Assembly (NCBI GenBank): GCA_951406725.2
Contig: OX597817.1
Coordinates: forward strand, 150,784,001 to 150,848,000
Direction: 5' to 3'
Source of the DNA: Octopus vulgaris
Lineage: Eukaryota
DNA: 64,000 nucleotides
This document shows, piece after piece, positions 25,491 through 39,155 of this stretch. Positions within the stretch are counted from its first letter, which is position 1. Each line of letters opens with the position of its first letter. A program made the position numbers and the translations under genes. Below the pieces are notes generated by a model. That model had not been told where the DNA came from, did no database searches, and saw nothing but the letters and a program-made list of their open reading frames with translations.

Positions 25491-26558
25491 AATAATAATA
25501 ATAAGGTTTCAAATTTTGGCACAGAACCAGCAGTTTTTAGGGGGGTGGGGCAAGTCGATTACTTTGTCCTTCCCCCAGTACTTAAATGGTATGTATTTTA
25601 TTGACCCTAAAAGAATAAAAGGCAAACTGAGGAAGAAATAATGAAATAGGTTGCATCAAGAAAGTTATCAAGTATAAGATGGGCACAGATGTGGCTGTGT
25701 GGTTAAGAAGCTTGTTTCTTAATCATGTGGTCTCAGGTTCAGTCCCATAATGCAGAACCTTGGGCAAGTGTCTCCTTACTGAAGCTTCAGGCCAGCCAAA
25801 GCCTTGTGAGCAGATTTGGAAGACAGAAACTGAAAGAAGCCCATCAAACACTTACAATGAAGAAATTAGTAAAGGAACAATTTTTCAAACCCAAAATGTC
25901 TTGGGAGATGAAAGGTGTCTTGAGTAAAGAACATTCAAGCTGGCAACAAGCTGGGAGTATCAGCAAGAGAGTGCCATTTGCTGTCTGGCTTTTACTCAGT
26001 ACACATTTCTGCATGAATTTGCCGGGCCTTCTCTTGGAAATTTGTGCATTAAAACTGCTTGGAGATTTCATCGAGTTGTAATTCCACTCTGTTGACTCAG
26101 CTTTCAAACTTATGCTCAATTAGCCTAAAAGCTGCACTAAGTGCAGACTTTTGAGCTAAGAGAGCTAAATAGCATGACTATAATACATCTATAATGACTA
26201 TATGCTCCTGGTGGTGTTTAACCAGCAGTTATGGTCTGACAAGAATTAATTCTGTAATGCAATCATTATATTGTTCCAGTCTCAAGTTGAATTCCAACTG
26301 TCGGCCAATTTGTCCCAAAGTTCTCATCTCAAATGTAAAATTAATGAAGCAAATGTCATTTATCTAACCCTTGATCTCTGATGTCATCTGAGAAATGCCA
26401 ACAAAGATCACATGAATCAGCCAAGCTTTACCAGCTAGAAATATCAACCCAAATGCTTTTAAATCAGAACCCAATGCTAGATGTTCAAGAACCAAACGTA
26501 AGGTAGATTTTCAATCCTGGGATCATCCTGATTCCAAAAAGGTATATGTCTATTCAGA

Positions 26559-26703
26559 CAGGGCTGGCTCAAGGTACTGGCAACTCAGGCAGTCACTTGG
26601 GGTGCCATGTGCTAGAGGGCACCAAGGAGGGCATGACAAAGACAAGGAAATTTCCATGACCGTCAGCTTGCCTGGGGCACCAGCAACCTTAGGGCCGGCC
26701 CTG
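26559..26703. mobile_element. Small hAT-like MITE
   Basis: TIRs cagggctggctcaagg / ccttagggccggccctg; no TSD recognisable. Confidence 0.6.
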
Positions 26704-28026
26704 CATGTAAAGCAAATGTACACTGAGATACTGGGGTCCCAGAATTCCACTTCTATTATCATAGAAGAAATAACAGTTGCCATGGTAATGGTGAAACATC
26801 AACACGATCATAATGACTCACTCAGTCACTTCCCTTAAGATTAAAGGTTGTTTTTATTCTGCCCTGACTAGACCCTTGTGCCTGTGTGTCTGTGTGCATA
26901 TATGTATGTATGTATATACAGGCGGCAAGCTGGCAGAAACGTTAGCATGTCGGGCGAAATGCGTAGCCGTATTTCGTCTGCCGTTACGTTCTGAGTTCAA
27001 ATTCCGCCAAGGTCAACTTTGCCTTTCATCCTTTCGGGGTCGATGTAATCGACTTAATCCGTTTGTCTGTCCTTGTTTGTCCCCTCTGTGTTTAGCCCCT
27101 TGTGTGTAGTAAAGAAATAATATATGTATGTATATATATGCATGTATGTGTGTGTGTTTGCCTCTCCTTGTCTTGACATCATGTGATGGTTGTAAATGAA
27201 TGTCACCATCATACAAGCAGTGTTGTTCATTTCCAATCTTCCACAAAAATCATGTCCAGGCATGGAGAACTACACCTTTTGAAGCAAGAGAGTGTCGGCA
27301 ACAAGAAAGGTATCCAACCATAGAAAATCTGCCTCAGTGAATTCCATCTGACCCATGCAAGCATGGAAAAAGGGGATGTTGAAATGATGATGATGATGAT
27401 AGAAAAATAGATCAACTTTCAACTTCCAACAAGAAAGATGGCATCATGTTTATTGTAGATAATGAGCTTGATGACATCCTGATAACGTAAGTTGCAAATA
27501 AAATGTCATAAGTCACCTTGTATATTTGATGCTTTGCTGGAAATTGACATATACACAATGTATATTTTAGTAACAATTGGGATTTCTGCTATGAAAAGAA
27601 TAGCCATCTTTGCAGCGAAATGTCTGAATGTCAGAGAAGTTTAGATTATTAATAACGATTAAAAAACACAAAAACAACTCAAAACAAATCAGCTCTGAAT
27701 TTCTATGAAGCTTTCAACTAGTGATTCATAACTATATGGTATAGGTTGTTGTTTAGCCCAAGGTCAGTATGACTGAGCAGACCTATGATCAAAGCTTTGA
27801 TGTTTCCTATATTCAGTGTATTCTTTGTTTCATATAATCCGAAAGTGATTTGGTTGTTATTTTTAGCAAGTTCAGTGTCTGAGTAAATGTTCCCATTAAG
27901 TGTGGGTGTTGTTTAGCCACAGGTCATCCTTATTTGAAAAGACCTTTGATGAAAGGCAGTCTTATCATTTTGACTACCTTTTATCAAAATGATGACCATC
28001 TTACCTTTTTATTTTCCACGAACAAG

Positions 28027-28165
28027 GTGTGAGGGGGTGTTGAAAAGTTCCTGGCTTTAAGGGTATCGTGAAAGGCCTTGCTGGAGGCCCAAACTTCCAA
28101 GTTCTTTTACAGGGCTTAGAAAATATGAAGGACTGTTGCGAAAAGTGTGTGAATCTGAGTGGGGA
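28027..28165. mobile_element. Mariner terminal fragment
   Basis: gagggggtgttgaaaagttcctggcttt matches 49470-49595 and resembles the TIR at 2370. Confidence 0.65.
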
Positions 28166-28166
28166 A

Positions 28167-28820
28167 TCATCATCATCATTTAGCGTCCGCTTTCCATGCT
28201 AGCATGGGTTGGACGGGTCAACTGGGGTCTGTGAAGCTGGAAGGCTTCGTCAGGCCCAGTCAGATCTGGCAGTGTTTCTACGGCTGGATGCCCTTCCTAA
28301 TGCCAACCACTCCGCGAGTGTAGTGGGTGTTTTTTACGTGCCACCTGCACAAGTGCCAGACAGAGCTGGCGAATGGCCACGAACGGTTGGTGCTTTTACG
28401 TGTCACCGGCACGGGGCCAGGCGATGCTGGCAACGGACACGAACGGATGGTGCTTTTACATGCCACCGACACGGGGCCAGACAGAGCTGGCAAACGGCCA
28501 CGAACGGACGGTGCTTTTACGTGTCACCGGCACGGGGGCCAGCCGAGGCTGGCAATGGACGCGAACGGATGGTGCTTTTACGTGCCACCGACACGGTTGC
28601 CAGACAGAGCTGGCAAACGGCCACGAACGGACGGTGCTTTTACGTGTCACCGGCACGGGGGCCAGCCGAGGCTGGCAACGGACGCGAACGGATGGTGCTT
28701 TTACGTGCCACCGACACGGTTGCCAGACAGAGCTGGCAAACGGCCATGAACGGACGGTGCTTTTATGTGTCACCGGCACGGGGGCCAGCCGAGGCTGGCA
28801 ACGGACACGAACGGACGAAA
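28167..28820 (-). mobile_element. Young RTE 3' UTR copy with 8 tandem modules
   Basis: Near-identical reverse complement of about 51650-52300; (CAT)n tail at 28167-28178. Confidence 0.92.
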
Positions 28821-28939
28821 ATCATTATTAACTGATCCTCCTGTATTTTTTTTTACACAAAACCAAGAACTTTCCAGCATCTCATCATATATTGGACTAC
28901 AGTATCCAGCATCTCCTTTTATCCTCACCTATAGTCATG

Positions 28940-29362
28940 AATGTCGGATAATAATTGAAAAGATACAATTACCATAAATACTAACGGCTAGAATGAGGTT
29001 CCTCTGAAGGATCTCTGGAGTAACATTACTCGACAGGGTGTGTAGCTGAGAAACCAGGGAGTCTCTCCAGGCTGACTCCTTAATTCTGCATCGTTAGATC
29101 ATAGCCCTGGTACTATGGACATGTGATTAGAATGTTGCAAAAAAGGATCACAAGAAGACAGATTCTTCAAGCCAAACCAACCTGCAGGACCAAGAATAAC
29201 ATGGTTGAGCAATATACATAGTCTCAGTTTGCCATGTTTGGGAATCCAGCTGGGAAGTGTAATGGCAGTTGCTTCTGAGAGGAACCTACGGAGAAGATCG
29301 CTTGAGGACTTTACCCTTACAACCCTCCCATGAATAGTGGATAGGGAAAATGGATGGATGGA
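28940..29362 (+). pseudogene. RTE/Expander-like LINE 3' remnant with (GGAT)n tail
   Basis: WYYGHVIRMLQKRITRRQILQAKPTCR..PRITWLSNIH. Confidence 0.7.
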
Positions 29363-29393
29363 AAGTGTGGTTTGAGAAAAACTTGACTGTTTA

Positions 29394-29800
29394 TAGGTGT
29401 AGGAGCGGCTGCGTGGTAAGTAGCTTGCTTACAAACCACATAGTCCCAGGTTCAGTCCCACTGTGTGGCACCTTGGGCAAGTGTCTTCTACTATAGCCTC
29501 AGGCTGATCAAAGCCTTGTGATGGAAACTGAAAGAAGCCTGTCATATATATGTATATATATCTATATATATGTGTGTGTGTGTATGTTTGTGTGTCTGTG
29601 TTTGTCTCCCCAACATCGCTTGATAACCAATGCTGGTATGTTTACATCCCCGTAACTTAGCGGTTCAGCAAAAAAAAACTGATAGAATAAGTACTAGGCT
29701 TACAAAGAATAAGTCCTGGGGTCGATTTGCTCGACTAAAGGCGGTGCTCCAGCATGACCACAGTCAAATGACTGAAACAAGTAAAAGAGTAAAAAGAGTT
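29394..29800 (+). mobile_element. SINE family A
   Basis: tRNA-like head (ggctgcgtggtaag...ggttcagtccc), internal (TA)/(TG) tract, (gtaaaaga)n tail. Confidence 0.88.
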
Positions 29801-30019
29801 ATTTCCAGCAAGTTGAGTAACAGTATAAATGTTCCTTCTCTTGCCCAATATTAATTATGTGACTGTATTTCATAGAAATAAAAATATTTGAATGTAAAAT
29901 TGTTCATAGTACCATTTAGATGTTGCTACTGACATTAGTAAATGAGAGGAAAAACAACTGCTGCTATAAAGCAACTTCAACTATGGACAAGCTCGTATTT
30001 TAAAAGAGATATTATCTCT

Positions 30020-30437
30020 ATTATTCTTTTATTTGATTCAATCATTTGACTGTGGCCATGCTGGAGCACCACTTTTAGTTGAGCAAATCAACCTCAGGAC
30101 TTATTCTTTGTAAGCCTAGTACTTATTCTATCAATCTTTCTTGCCAAACCACTAAGTTACGGGAACGTAAACACACCAGCATCAGTTGTCAAGCGATGTT
30201 GGGGGGACAAACACAGACACACTAACATATACACACACATACATATATATATATACACACACACACACCTATACGATGGGTTTCTTTCAGTTTCCGTCTA
30301 CCAAATCCACTCACAAGGCTTTGGTTGGCCTAAGGCTGTAGTAGAAGACACTTGCCCAAGGTGCCATGCAGCGGGACTGAATCCAGAACCATGTGGCTGG
30401 TAAGCAAGCTACTTACCACACAGCCACTCCTGTACCT
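30020..30437 (-). mobile_element. SINE family A, inverted relative to 29394-29800
   Basis: Reverse-complement match to the family. Confidence 0.88.
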
Positions 30438-30459
30438 CCATACAGCTACTCCTGCACCT

Positions 30460-30885
30460 ATTGTTCAAAATTTTTTTCCTTACCAAGTGTGAACCAAACC
30501 TCTATGATCTCAGAAGCATCTAAGCATGTGGTTCTGTTAGAACTCTCCATTTCCTCAGATGACTGCATCAAGAAGGCAAACAGGAGTAAGAGGGAGACAT
30601 ATGTTGAGCAAAGGGTAGCAAGTATGGTGAGAGCCCATCAAGGTGGAATGCAGAGTTTGCATGCCAGTTCCTCTGCAGAGCTTACAACATCCTTGGCAAC
30701 ACAGGGGCCAATAGGCAGAGGGCTGTAGAGGTTGTAGATCAGAGGTGCAAGCCCTGGGAGGAGCAGTGCTACCAAATTGGACACAAGATGGAACTTGTTC
30801 AAGCCTGGCTGAGGGTGTCAGATGTTGAAAGACCTGAAACACTTACTGACCCCAGGAAACCTCACTGATGATGGGTCTAGGTACA
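30460..30885 (+). pseudogene. Hero/NeSL-like non-LTR element: restriction-like endonuclease remnant and 3' end
   Basis: MISEASKHVVLLELSISSDDCIKKANRSKRETYVE, then SLCRAYNILG in another frame; family assignment from memory of such elements. Confidence 0.6.
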
Positions 30886-30947
30886 TCATAGAATAATATA
30901 TAGGAAAACTATCTGATGGGAAAAGAGAGACAAAGAACACAAAACGC

Positions 30948-31350
30948 AGCGAGCTGGCAGAAACATTAGCACGCTGGGCGAAATGCTTAGTGGTATTTCG
31001 TCTGCCATTAAATTCAGAGTTCAAATTCCGCCAAGGTCGACTTTGCCTTTCATCCTCTTGGGGTTAATAAATTAAGTACCAGTTACGCACTGGGGTCAAT
31101 ATAATTGACTTAATCCGTTTGCCTGTCCTTGTTTGTCCTCACTGTGTTTAGCCCCTTGTGAGTAGTAAAGAAATAGGTATTTTGTCTGCCATTACATTCT
31201 GAGTTCAAATTCTGCTGAGGTCGACTTTGCCTTTCATCCTATCGGGGTCGATAAATTAAGTACCAGTTATGCACTGGGGTCGATATAATCGACTTAATCC
31301 CTTTGTCTGTCCTCTCTATGTTTAGCCCCTTGTGGGCGATAAAGCAATAA
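30948..31350 (+). mobile_element. SINE family B tandem dimer
   Basis: Second monomer restarts at ggtattttgtctgcc directly after the aagaaata tail; flanking direct repeat aagaacacaa. Confidence 0.85.
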
Positions 31351-31933
31351 GAACACAATAGGTAATTCAATATCAAGTTCAGATCCCCAGTTGACTGTTA
31401 TAACTGTGTATTACAGTTAACCGATATTATCTGAGCAGCACCCTAAAACTATTCTCAAATGGAAATAGCAAACATTTCATTCATGTCCCTTGTTTACTGT
31501 GAATATGTACCAATTAATGAGAGAAAAAAACCCCAAAAAACATGGAATTATATAGAATATGATAATAAATATGTCAGAATTTTTTGATTGTCATCCTCAG
31601 CAAAAAATCATTAAACTCATTAGAATTCAGTCAATATAATGCTTGTATATTCACTTTGTTTAGATTTAATCATGCCTCATCTCATAACTTCAAGATGCGT
31701 ATGATGTGATTGTTTATTTTAAGAGTGAGATTATAGCATAGATGTGAGAAGCTGAATCTGGCCAGTTTGAACATAAAACTGACAAAATATCTAGGCTGGA
31801 TATGGTTGGTTTCAATGCTAAATGGTTAAATTCTGCTGTTTTTCTTCTTAAAATTGTGACCTGCTAATGGGCTGATGCCATACGTTCCCCATACCAAATA
31901 ATTCCATTTTTTCTTGCTTTACTCTCTCATTTG

Positions 31934-32260
31934 TGAAGGCGCATGGCTCAGTGGTTCGAGCGTAGAGCTTATGATCATGAGGTTGTAAGTTCGATTCCCG
32001 GACCGGGCTGTGTGTTGTGTTCTTGAGCAAGACACTTTATTTTACGTTGCTCCAGTTAACTCAGCTGTAGAAATGAGTTGCGACATCACTAGTGCCAAAC
32101 TGTATCAGCCTTTGCTTTTCCCTTGGATAACATCAGTGGTGTGGTGAGGAGAGGATGGTATGCATGGGTGACTTCCACAAACAATCTTGCCCTGACTTGT
32201 GCCTCAGAGGGTAACTTTCTAGGTGCAATCCCATGATCATTCATGACCAAAGGGAGTCTC
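31934..32260 (+). mobile_element. tRNA-derived SINE family C
   Basis: A box tggctcagtgg and B box gttcgattcc followed by the family body; 3' part also at 36180-36620. Confidence 0.85.
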
Positions 32261-32797
32261 CTCTTCCTCCTGTCTTCCACTCTCTCTTTTACTAACAGCA
32301 TTATGCTACAATTCTAGTTGTGCGTACAGACATTGTTGACTAAGCTACCACTATTTCCTTCACCCAGAAAGTTGGCAAGTCAAGCCATACTTTATTATCT
32401 TATCATACAATATTGTCTCTAATGTACAAAAAGACTGGGTGGTCATGGCTGGAATGCCTGTGATCAGAGCTACCTTGAAGCTAAACAACAAATTTTTATC
32501 TCTTGAAAAACATAATTTAAGCTTAATGGTTTAACTAATTACGGGACCAAAGGCTAAACTGAAGTAGCTCTGGTAAAAAAATGGATTAAGTTAGTGGCAA
32601 AGAAATCATAACACTGTTAAATGAAGAAAGTATCTGAGAATCCATGTTCACCTCACACTGTATTTTTCTCTATCATTGTCTCTATCCATCAGCCGCTCTC
32701 CTTTCACACTCTCACATACTTACTTACCAGCTCACTGACCTTGTCCAATTCTCTGGTCTTCTCTTTATTCACCTTCCTCTAATTTAAGGGTATGCCT

Positions 32798-33378
32798 AAG
32801 GCGGTGAGCTGGCAGAAGCGTTAGCACACTGGGTGAAATGTTTAGCGGTATTTCGTCTGCCGTTACGTTCTGAGTTCAATTTCCGCTGAGGTCGACTTTG
32901 CCTTTTATCCTTTCAAGGTCGATTAAATAAGTACCAGTTACGCACTAGGGTCGATATAATCGACCTAATCCGTTTGTCTGTCCTTGCTTATCCACACTGT
33001 GTGTAGCCCCTTCTGGGTAGTGAAGAAATAGGTATTTTGTCTGCCATTACGTTCTGAGTTCAAATTCCGCCGAGGTCGACTTTGCCTTTCATCCTTTCAG
33101 GGTTGATAAATTAAGTACCAGTTATGCACAGGGGCTGATGTAATCGACTTAATCCCTTTGTCTGTCCCCCCTCTATGTTTAGTCCCTTGTGGGCAGTAAA
33201 GAAATAAGAAACATTAACATGCCAGGTGAACTGCTTAGCAGTATTTCGTCTGTCTTTATGTTCTGAGTTCAAATTTCGCCAAGGTCAACTTTGCCTTTCA
33301 TCCTTTTATACAGGGGTCAATCTAATTGACTGGCCCCCTCCCCCAAAATTTCAGGCCTTGTGCCTAGAGTAGAAAATA
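32798..33378 (+). mobile_element. SINE family B tandem trimer
   Basis: Three monomers; flanking direct repeat aatttaag(g/a)gtatgcct. Confidence 0.85.
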
Positions 33379-35569
33379 ATTTAAGAGTATGCCTTAGCAC
33401 ATCTTCCTCATTTTTTCTCCTTTTCCAACTGAGATGCTGGCATCCATGCCGGTGGCACATAAAAAGCACCAACCGATCGTGGCCGTTGCCAGCCTCCTCT
33501 GTCCCGTGCCAGTAGCATGTAAAAAGCATCCACTACACTCACGGAGTGGTTGGCATTAGGAAACACTGCCAGATCAGACTGGAGCCTGGTGCAGCCTCCT
33601 GGCTTCCCAGACCCAGGTTGAACCATCCAACCCATGCTAGCATGGAAAATGGACGTTAAACAATGATGATGATGATGATAGCCATATCTCTCTACTGCAA
33701 GACACTTGTTTTTGTTGCCTTAGTCATATCTTAACCTCTCATCACCCTAGAATAAAGCTGATTCCTTTAACATTTTACCATTCAATTTGGTCACATCTGG
33801 CCTAAATAGTCTACCCATTTCATGTCCAAACTGGCCAGATCTAGCCTCTGACACCTATCCTACAGTGCCATTCTAAAACTAAACAATCACATCATCGAAA
33901 TTTCAAAGCTTTGAGATAATACCCGATTAATTCAAAGCAATGCATTTAACAAAGTAATCTGAATGCTAAAGAATTAATACTACCCCCACTATCAGCTGAG
34001 TGGGGGTCTTGTTTTGCAAGTCACATGGTGACCTCACTTGTGGGAGTGCCATGTGCGAGAGAACATCTGGCTATAGAAACCTTGCCAAAGCAGACACTGG
34101 AGTTTAGCAGTCTTCTAGCTCACCAGTTCCTATCAAATCATCCAACCCATGCCAGCATGGAAAACAGAAGTTAAGAGGTGATGATGACAATGATGAAATT
34201 ATTCCAAGAGTAGTAATGAGAAATAGGAAGTATCTAGTCAATGAGATGATGTAGAGTATATATACATTACTTTAATCCACAGTGAGTGTCAATACAACCA
34301 TGTGCAAATCATAAAGCAAAATTATGAATGAGTCAAAAGTTCATTTATCTAGTGCAGAGCAGTGATATAATGAAATAAACCAAAGAATAAGAAGAAATAA
34401 AGCACAGAAGTAATAAGGCGGCCTTGAAATGCCTTCTTAATCCAGCTGCAAAAATAAACTTATGTTTTAAACTAACAAATCCTGACTGCAGTTGAAGGAT
34501 AATCTATAAACAACACAGCTGACATTGCAAGGAATATGTAAAGACAGACGAAACACCGCTAAGCATTTTGCCTGGGGTGCTAACATCTCTGCCAGCTCGC
34601 CGCATTACGAAACCAAAATATTAAGTCTTCAGCAATGAGGTAGTGCTTATGATGATGATGATAATAATAATATTGAATACTCTGATGCAGTACCAGGCAG
34701 TGACTCTCATGCCTTCTGATCTTAACTAATTGGAAGTGTTATCATGTACATTGTTTTGTCTTGGTATAAAAGATGGGCTACAGCAAATATTCTGCTCAAT
34801 ACCAAAGATTTGCTTGTCAGTTGTTTGACCATAACCAGTTGAGCATGTTCCTTAGTGGCTGACAATATGTGCATCTCTGATCATGAGCAGAAGGAGTGGG
34901 GGAGCATCACTGCCAAGTGTTGAGAGGAATTCTTTGGGGTTTGGATAATTCACCTCTGAAAACATGGGTGTTTTGTTCAATATTTTTAAACAACCTTTAT
35001 TCAAGGACCTTTTGAGTGGGATGGGCTACTCAACCTGAAGAAAATTCTAACTGGGACCCACCTGCAAGGTCATGTGCTGTTTATCTTGATACAAGATCAC
35101 GATGTTGTGCACATATGGCCGTGATGCATGTGCCTAGAGTACCCTTATCAGACGGGTAGTCATGATGGGTATACTGGGCTTCGTATATTTTATCCCAGTG
35201 TCACTTTGATGGCATGCTCTGCTCTCTCACTGCTCACTCAATAACTAATAATAATAATAATAATAATAATAATGATGATGATGATTATAATGAGGATGAT
35301 GATGATGAGGGCTGTGGTGGCAGTCTTAAGAGGCTGAAGAATATCAGAATTGATACTTCCGCAGTTGGATTGCTGCTTTGTACATCGACATTGAGTCTGC
35401 AGCCAAAGTAAACGGATTCTTCTTGAAACCATTCAGGATCGAATGCTCAGTGCATCAGGGATGTCCCCTGACTCCGCTTTTGAATGTACTATTTTTGTTG
35501 TTTTTGTAAAATCTCAGAAAATAATTAAAAATTCACATTTTTTATCAAATTATTTTGTTATATTTGTCT

Positions 35570-36180
35570 ATCTTGCTGCAGAAGTTGGAAGCACTAGGAG
35601 GCGCACTGAATGATCTGTGGTGCGGGGTGGAGCTACGGCATATGCGGATGACATCTCCATCATCGTAGTGGATGAGAGCCAGCTTCCAGTGGTGGAAGAG
35701 GCCACCAAAAGTTACGAGGTGGTGTCAGGAGCAAAGATTAACAAAGACAAGTCAGTCGGTTTGCAACTCGACACCTGGAGAGGCAAGCCGATGACGTCCA
35801 ATAACGTCATAGGGCATTGGACAGAAGGACCTCTTAAGCTGCTTGGGGTCTGGTTTGGATCAGACCTCCAGATAGAGAAAAATTGGAGTGAGGTAGCCAG
35901 TAAGGTGACTGCTCTAACCCAGACTTAGTCTGGATGGGCATTATCCTTGCTAGGGAAGGCAGAAGTGGTGCAGATGTTTATAGCATCTGTTATCACCTAC
36001 CGTCTGACTGTGGTGCCTTGCCCTGATTTGTGGCTGAACAAGTTGGAGAGAATCCTTTCTGTGGAAAGGAGGAAAGCCTCTTGTAAAGCGCTCTGTCTGC
36101 TGCCAGAAGTCACTAAAGGGTGGGCTAAGGATGCGAAAATTCGCATTAAGGCTGAGGCACCTCTGGTTTTACCTGGATGG
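35570..36180 (+). pseudogene. Tx1/L1-clade LINE RT remnant
   Basis: AYADDISIIV...SGAKINKDKSVGL...LKLLGVWFGSDLQIEKNWSEV with stops and frameshifts. Confidence 0.85.
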
Positions 36181-37083
36181 AGAAACGAGTTGCAGCATCA
36201 CTGATGCCAAGTTGTATCAGCCTTTGCCTTTCCCTTGGTTAACATCAGTGGCATGGATAGGGGAGGCTGGTATGCATGGGTGAAAGACGGCGAGCAGGCA
36301 GAAACATTAGCATGCCGGGCAAAATGCTTAGCGGTATTTCGTCTGCTGCTACGTTCTGAGTCAAATTCCGCCGAGGTTGACTTTGCCTTTCATCCTTTTG
36401 GGGTCGATTAAATAAGTACCAGTTATGCACTGGGGTCAATATAATCGACTTAATCCGTTTGTCGGTCCTTGTTTGTCCTCTCTGTGTTTAGCCCCTTGTG
36501 GGTAGTAAAGAAATAGGTATACATGGGTGACTGCTGGCCTTCCACAATCTTGCTTAGATTTGTGCCTTGGAGGGGAACTTTAAAGTTGAAATTGCACGGT
36601 CATTCATACTCGAAGGGGGTCTTTAGTCTTTACTCTATCAAATGTAAGGCTTATTTATACATATTGCTTTGCAGTAATCATGCATTATCTCACAGCATTA
36701 ATATTTTGATGGTGTGATGGTTTACTTTTAGAATGACATTGTATGGTAGGTGTGAGAGGCAGGATCTGGTTGGTTTGAACATTAAACAGGAAGAATATTT
36801 GGGCTGGATACGACCAGTTTAAATGCTAAAGGGTTGATGAAGAAGAAACACTGGATGCCTTCCTGAAGACCTCCCTCATCTAATACAGAACCGAGATGGA
36901 TGGTGTGTGCGAGTTAAAAATGATGATGAATGAAGAAGAAAGGAAATGCTCATGACCATTTACAAAGCCTTCTAAGCTGGTGGAAGTGTCAGGTGAGGTG
37001 ACTGTATGAAATGACAGGGACTATGAGGCTTAGCAGTTGCGGTGGCAACAAGATGTGATCCTTGCATGTCCAGGTTTGTCTTT

Positions 37084-37700
37084 CATCATCATCATCATCA
37101 TCATCGTTTAGCGTCCGTTTTCCATGCTAGCATGGGTTGGACGGTTCAACTGGGGTCTGTGAAGCCGGAAGGCTTCATCAGGCCTAGTCAGATCTGGCAG
37201 TGTTTCTACGGCTGGATGCCCTTCCTAACGCCAACCACTCTGTGAGTGTAATGGGTGCTTTTTACGTGCCACCCGCACAGGTGCCAGACAGAGCTGGCAA
37301 ACGGCCACGAACGGATGGTGATTTTTATGTGCCACCGGCACGGGGGCCAGGCGAGGCTGGCAACGGACACGAACGGATGGTGCTTTTTACGTGCCACCGG
37401 CACGAGGCCAGTCGGGGCGGCGCTGGCAACGGTCATGAATGGATGGTTCTCTTACATGCCACCGGCACTGGTAGCACATCTGCAATTTCCATTGATCGAT
37501 TTCAATTCTGATCCTCACTTGCCTCAACAGGTCTTCACAAGTAGAGTTTTGTGTCCCAAGAAGGGAAGGTATGCATACGTAGGCTGGCTCCATCCCATGT
37601 AGAAGGCCACAGGTTATGGTCTCACTTGTCCTGCCGGGTCTTCTCGCGCACAGCACACTTTCAGAGGTCTCGGTCTCTAGTCATTTCCTCAGTGAGACCA
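37084..37700 (-). mobile_element. RTE copy: ORF end, full 3' UTR with 3-4 modules, (GAT)n tail
   Basis: 37615-37700 is the reverse complement of the RTE ORF end at 51400-51480, which ties the module array to the LINE. Confidence 0.9.
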
Positions 37701-37736
<36 letters not shown>

Positions 37737-38237
37737 TCTTTCACTTGTTTCAGTCATTTGAATGTGGCCATGCTGGAGTACCACCTTTAGTTGAGCAAAT
37801 CGACCCCAGGACTTATTCTTTGTAAGCTTAGTACTTATTCTATAGGTCTCTTTTGCCGAACCACTAAATTACGGGGACGTAAACACACCAGCATTGGTTG
37901 TCAAACGATGTTGGGGGACAAACATATACACATATATATATACATATATATATACACATATACATATATATACACATATACATACACATATACATATATA
38001 TACACATATATACACATATATATATATATACACATATATACACATATACATATATATACACATATATACACATATATATATATATACATATATATACCAA
38101 ATCCACTCACAAGGCTTTGGTTGGCCCAAAGCTATAGTAGAAGACACTTGCCCAAGGTGCCATGCAGTGGGAATGAACCCGGAACCATGTGGTTGGTAAG
38201 CAAGCTACTTACCACACAACCACTCCTGTGCCTATGG
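37737..38237 (-). mobile_element. SINE family A with expanded internal microsatellite
   Basis: Family match on both sides of a (TA/CA)n tract. Confidence 0.88.
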
Positions 38238-39155
38238 GATAGAATATATATCTATCTATATATATATATGTAAAATGGAGAAATTGTACAAAATGTATAA
38301 ATGGATGATATGTAAAGCATGCTCACAATGAGTAGATAGACAGCCGACAACTGATGAAGGGTCCTTTCTCTGTTTACTTGTCCTGTTTGCCATTTTTTCT
38401 TGTTTGTGTATTTCATGCTATTAGCACAGTTGGTGATGTCCTGTACCCATATATCCATGTATATATATATACATATTTAGTAACTTCTAAGCTGAAGAGA
38501 TGACAACATGCTCTTTGTCTATCTCCTTACCTTCTTGGAGGTTTTAGGTAAAATTATACAAATGTGTCCATCTGTTTTAATTTGATTTAATTCTATGTAT
38601 TTATGCAACTGAGGATTGCTCTGCATTTAAACTGATGTAATGGCTGCATTGTTCAATTAAATGGAGTCGCTTGAAACGATTGTACTGCATTACCTCTGGA
38701 TATCCTGTTGCTTATTTTGATTTTAATCACCTTATTTTGAAACTGTATGGATAATACTGTACTAAATTCTGGTGCCTCAACTTATGCAGCTAATTCATCT
38801 AAATCTAAATTTTTGCTTAACTACACACATATATATATTTGAAAAAATGAATAGAAATGGCTTTACTGATAATTTTCCCACATTAATAGAGGTGTATAAA
38901 TATATAGAAAGGTGACTGACTGGAATTTATAGCTTAAGATCAGTTTTCAAACTGATATTTGAGAGTTTGTTACTCATTGTTTAAATAGGATGTATTTAAC
39001 TGCTAACACACACACATACATACATCACACACCCACGCACACAAATATACATATACCCATACATAAACATATATAGAGGGAGATGTAAACACACATACAT
39101 ATGCACACATAAACATGTACACACACAAAAATATAGGACTTCACACAAACACATA

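Noticed and set aside
28209-28835. Overlapping 100-236 aa repetitive ORFs here and at 37200-37656, 47321-47656 and 51503-52256
   Set aside because: By-product of GC-rich tandem modules that are open in several frames on both strands; no protein family motif.
31934-32010. tRNA-like sequence with A and B boxes, also at 39156-39225
   Set aside because: It runs straight into a multi-copy SINE body with no oligo-T terminator, so it is a SINE head and not a tRNA gene.
34676-35240. Block ending in (TAA)n that looks like a retroposon
   Set aside because: Single copy in the window and no motif I can assign, so it is left unclassified.
38345-38400. CTGATGA hammerhead core in an insert next to (TA)n
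   Set aside because: No downstream GAAA or stems could be built in this copy.
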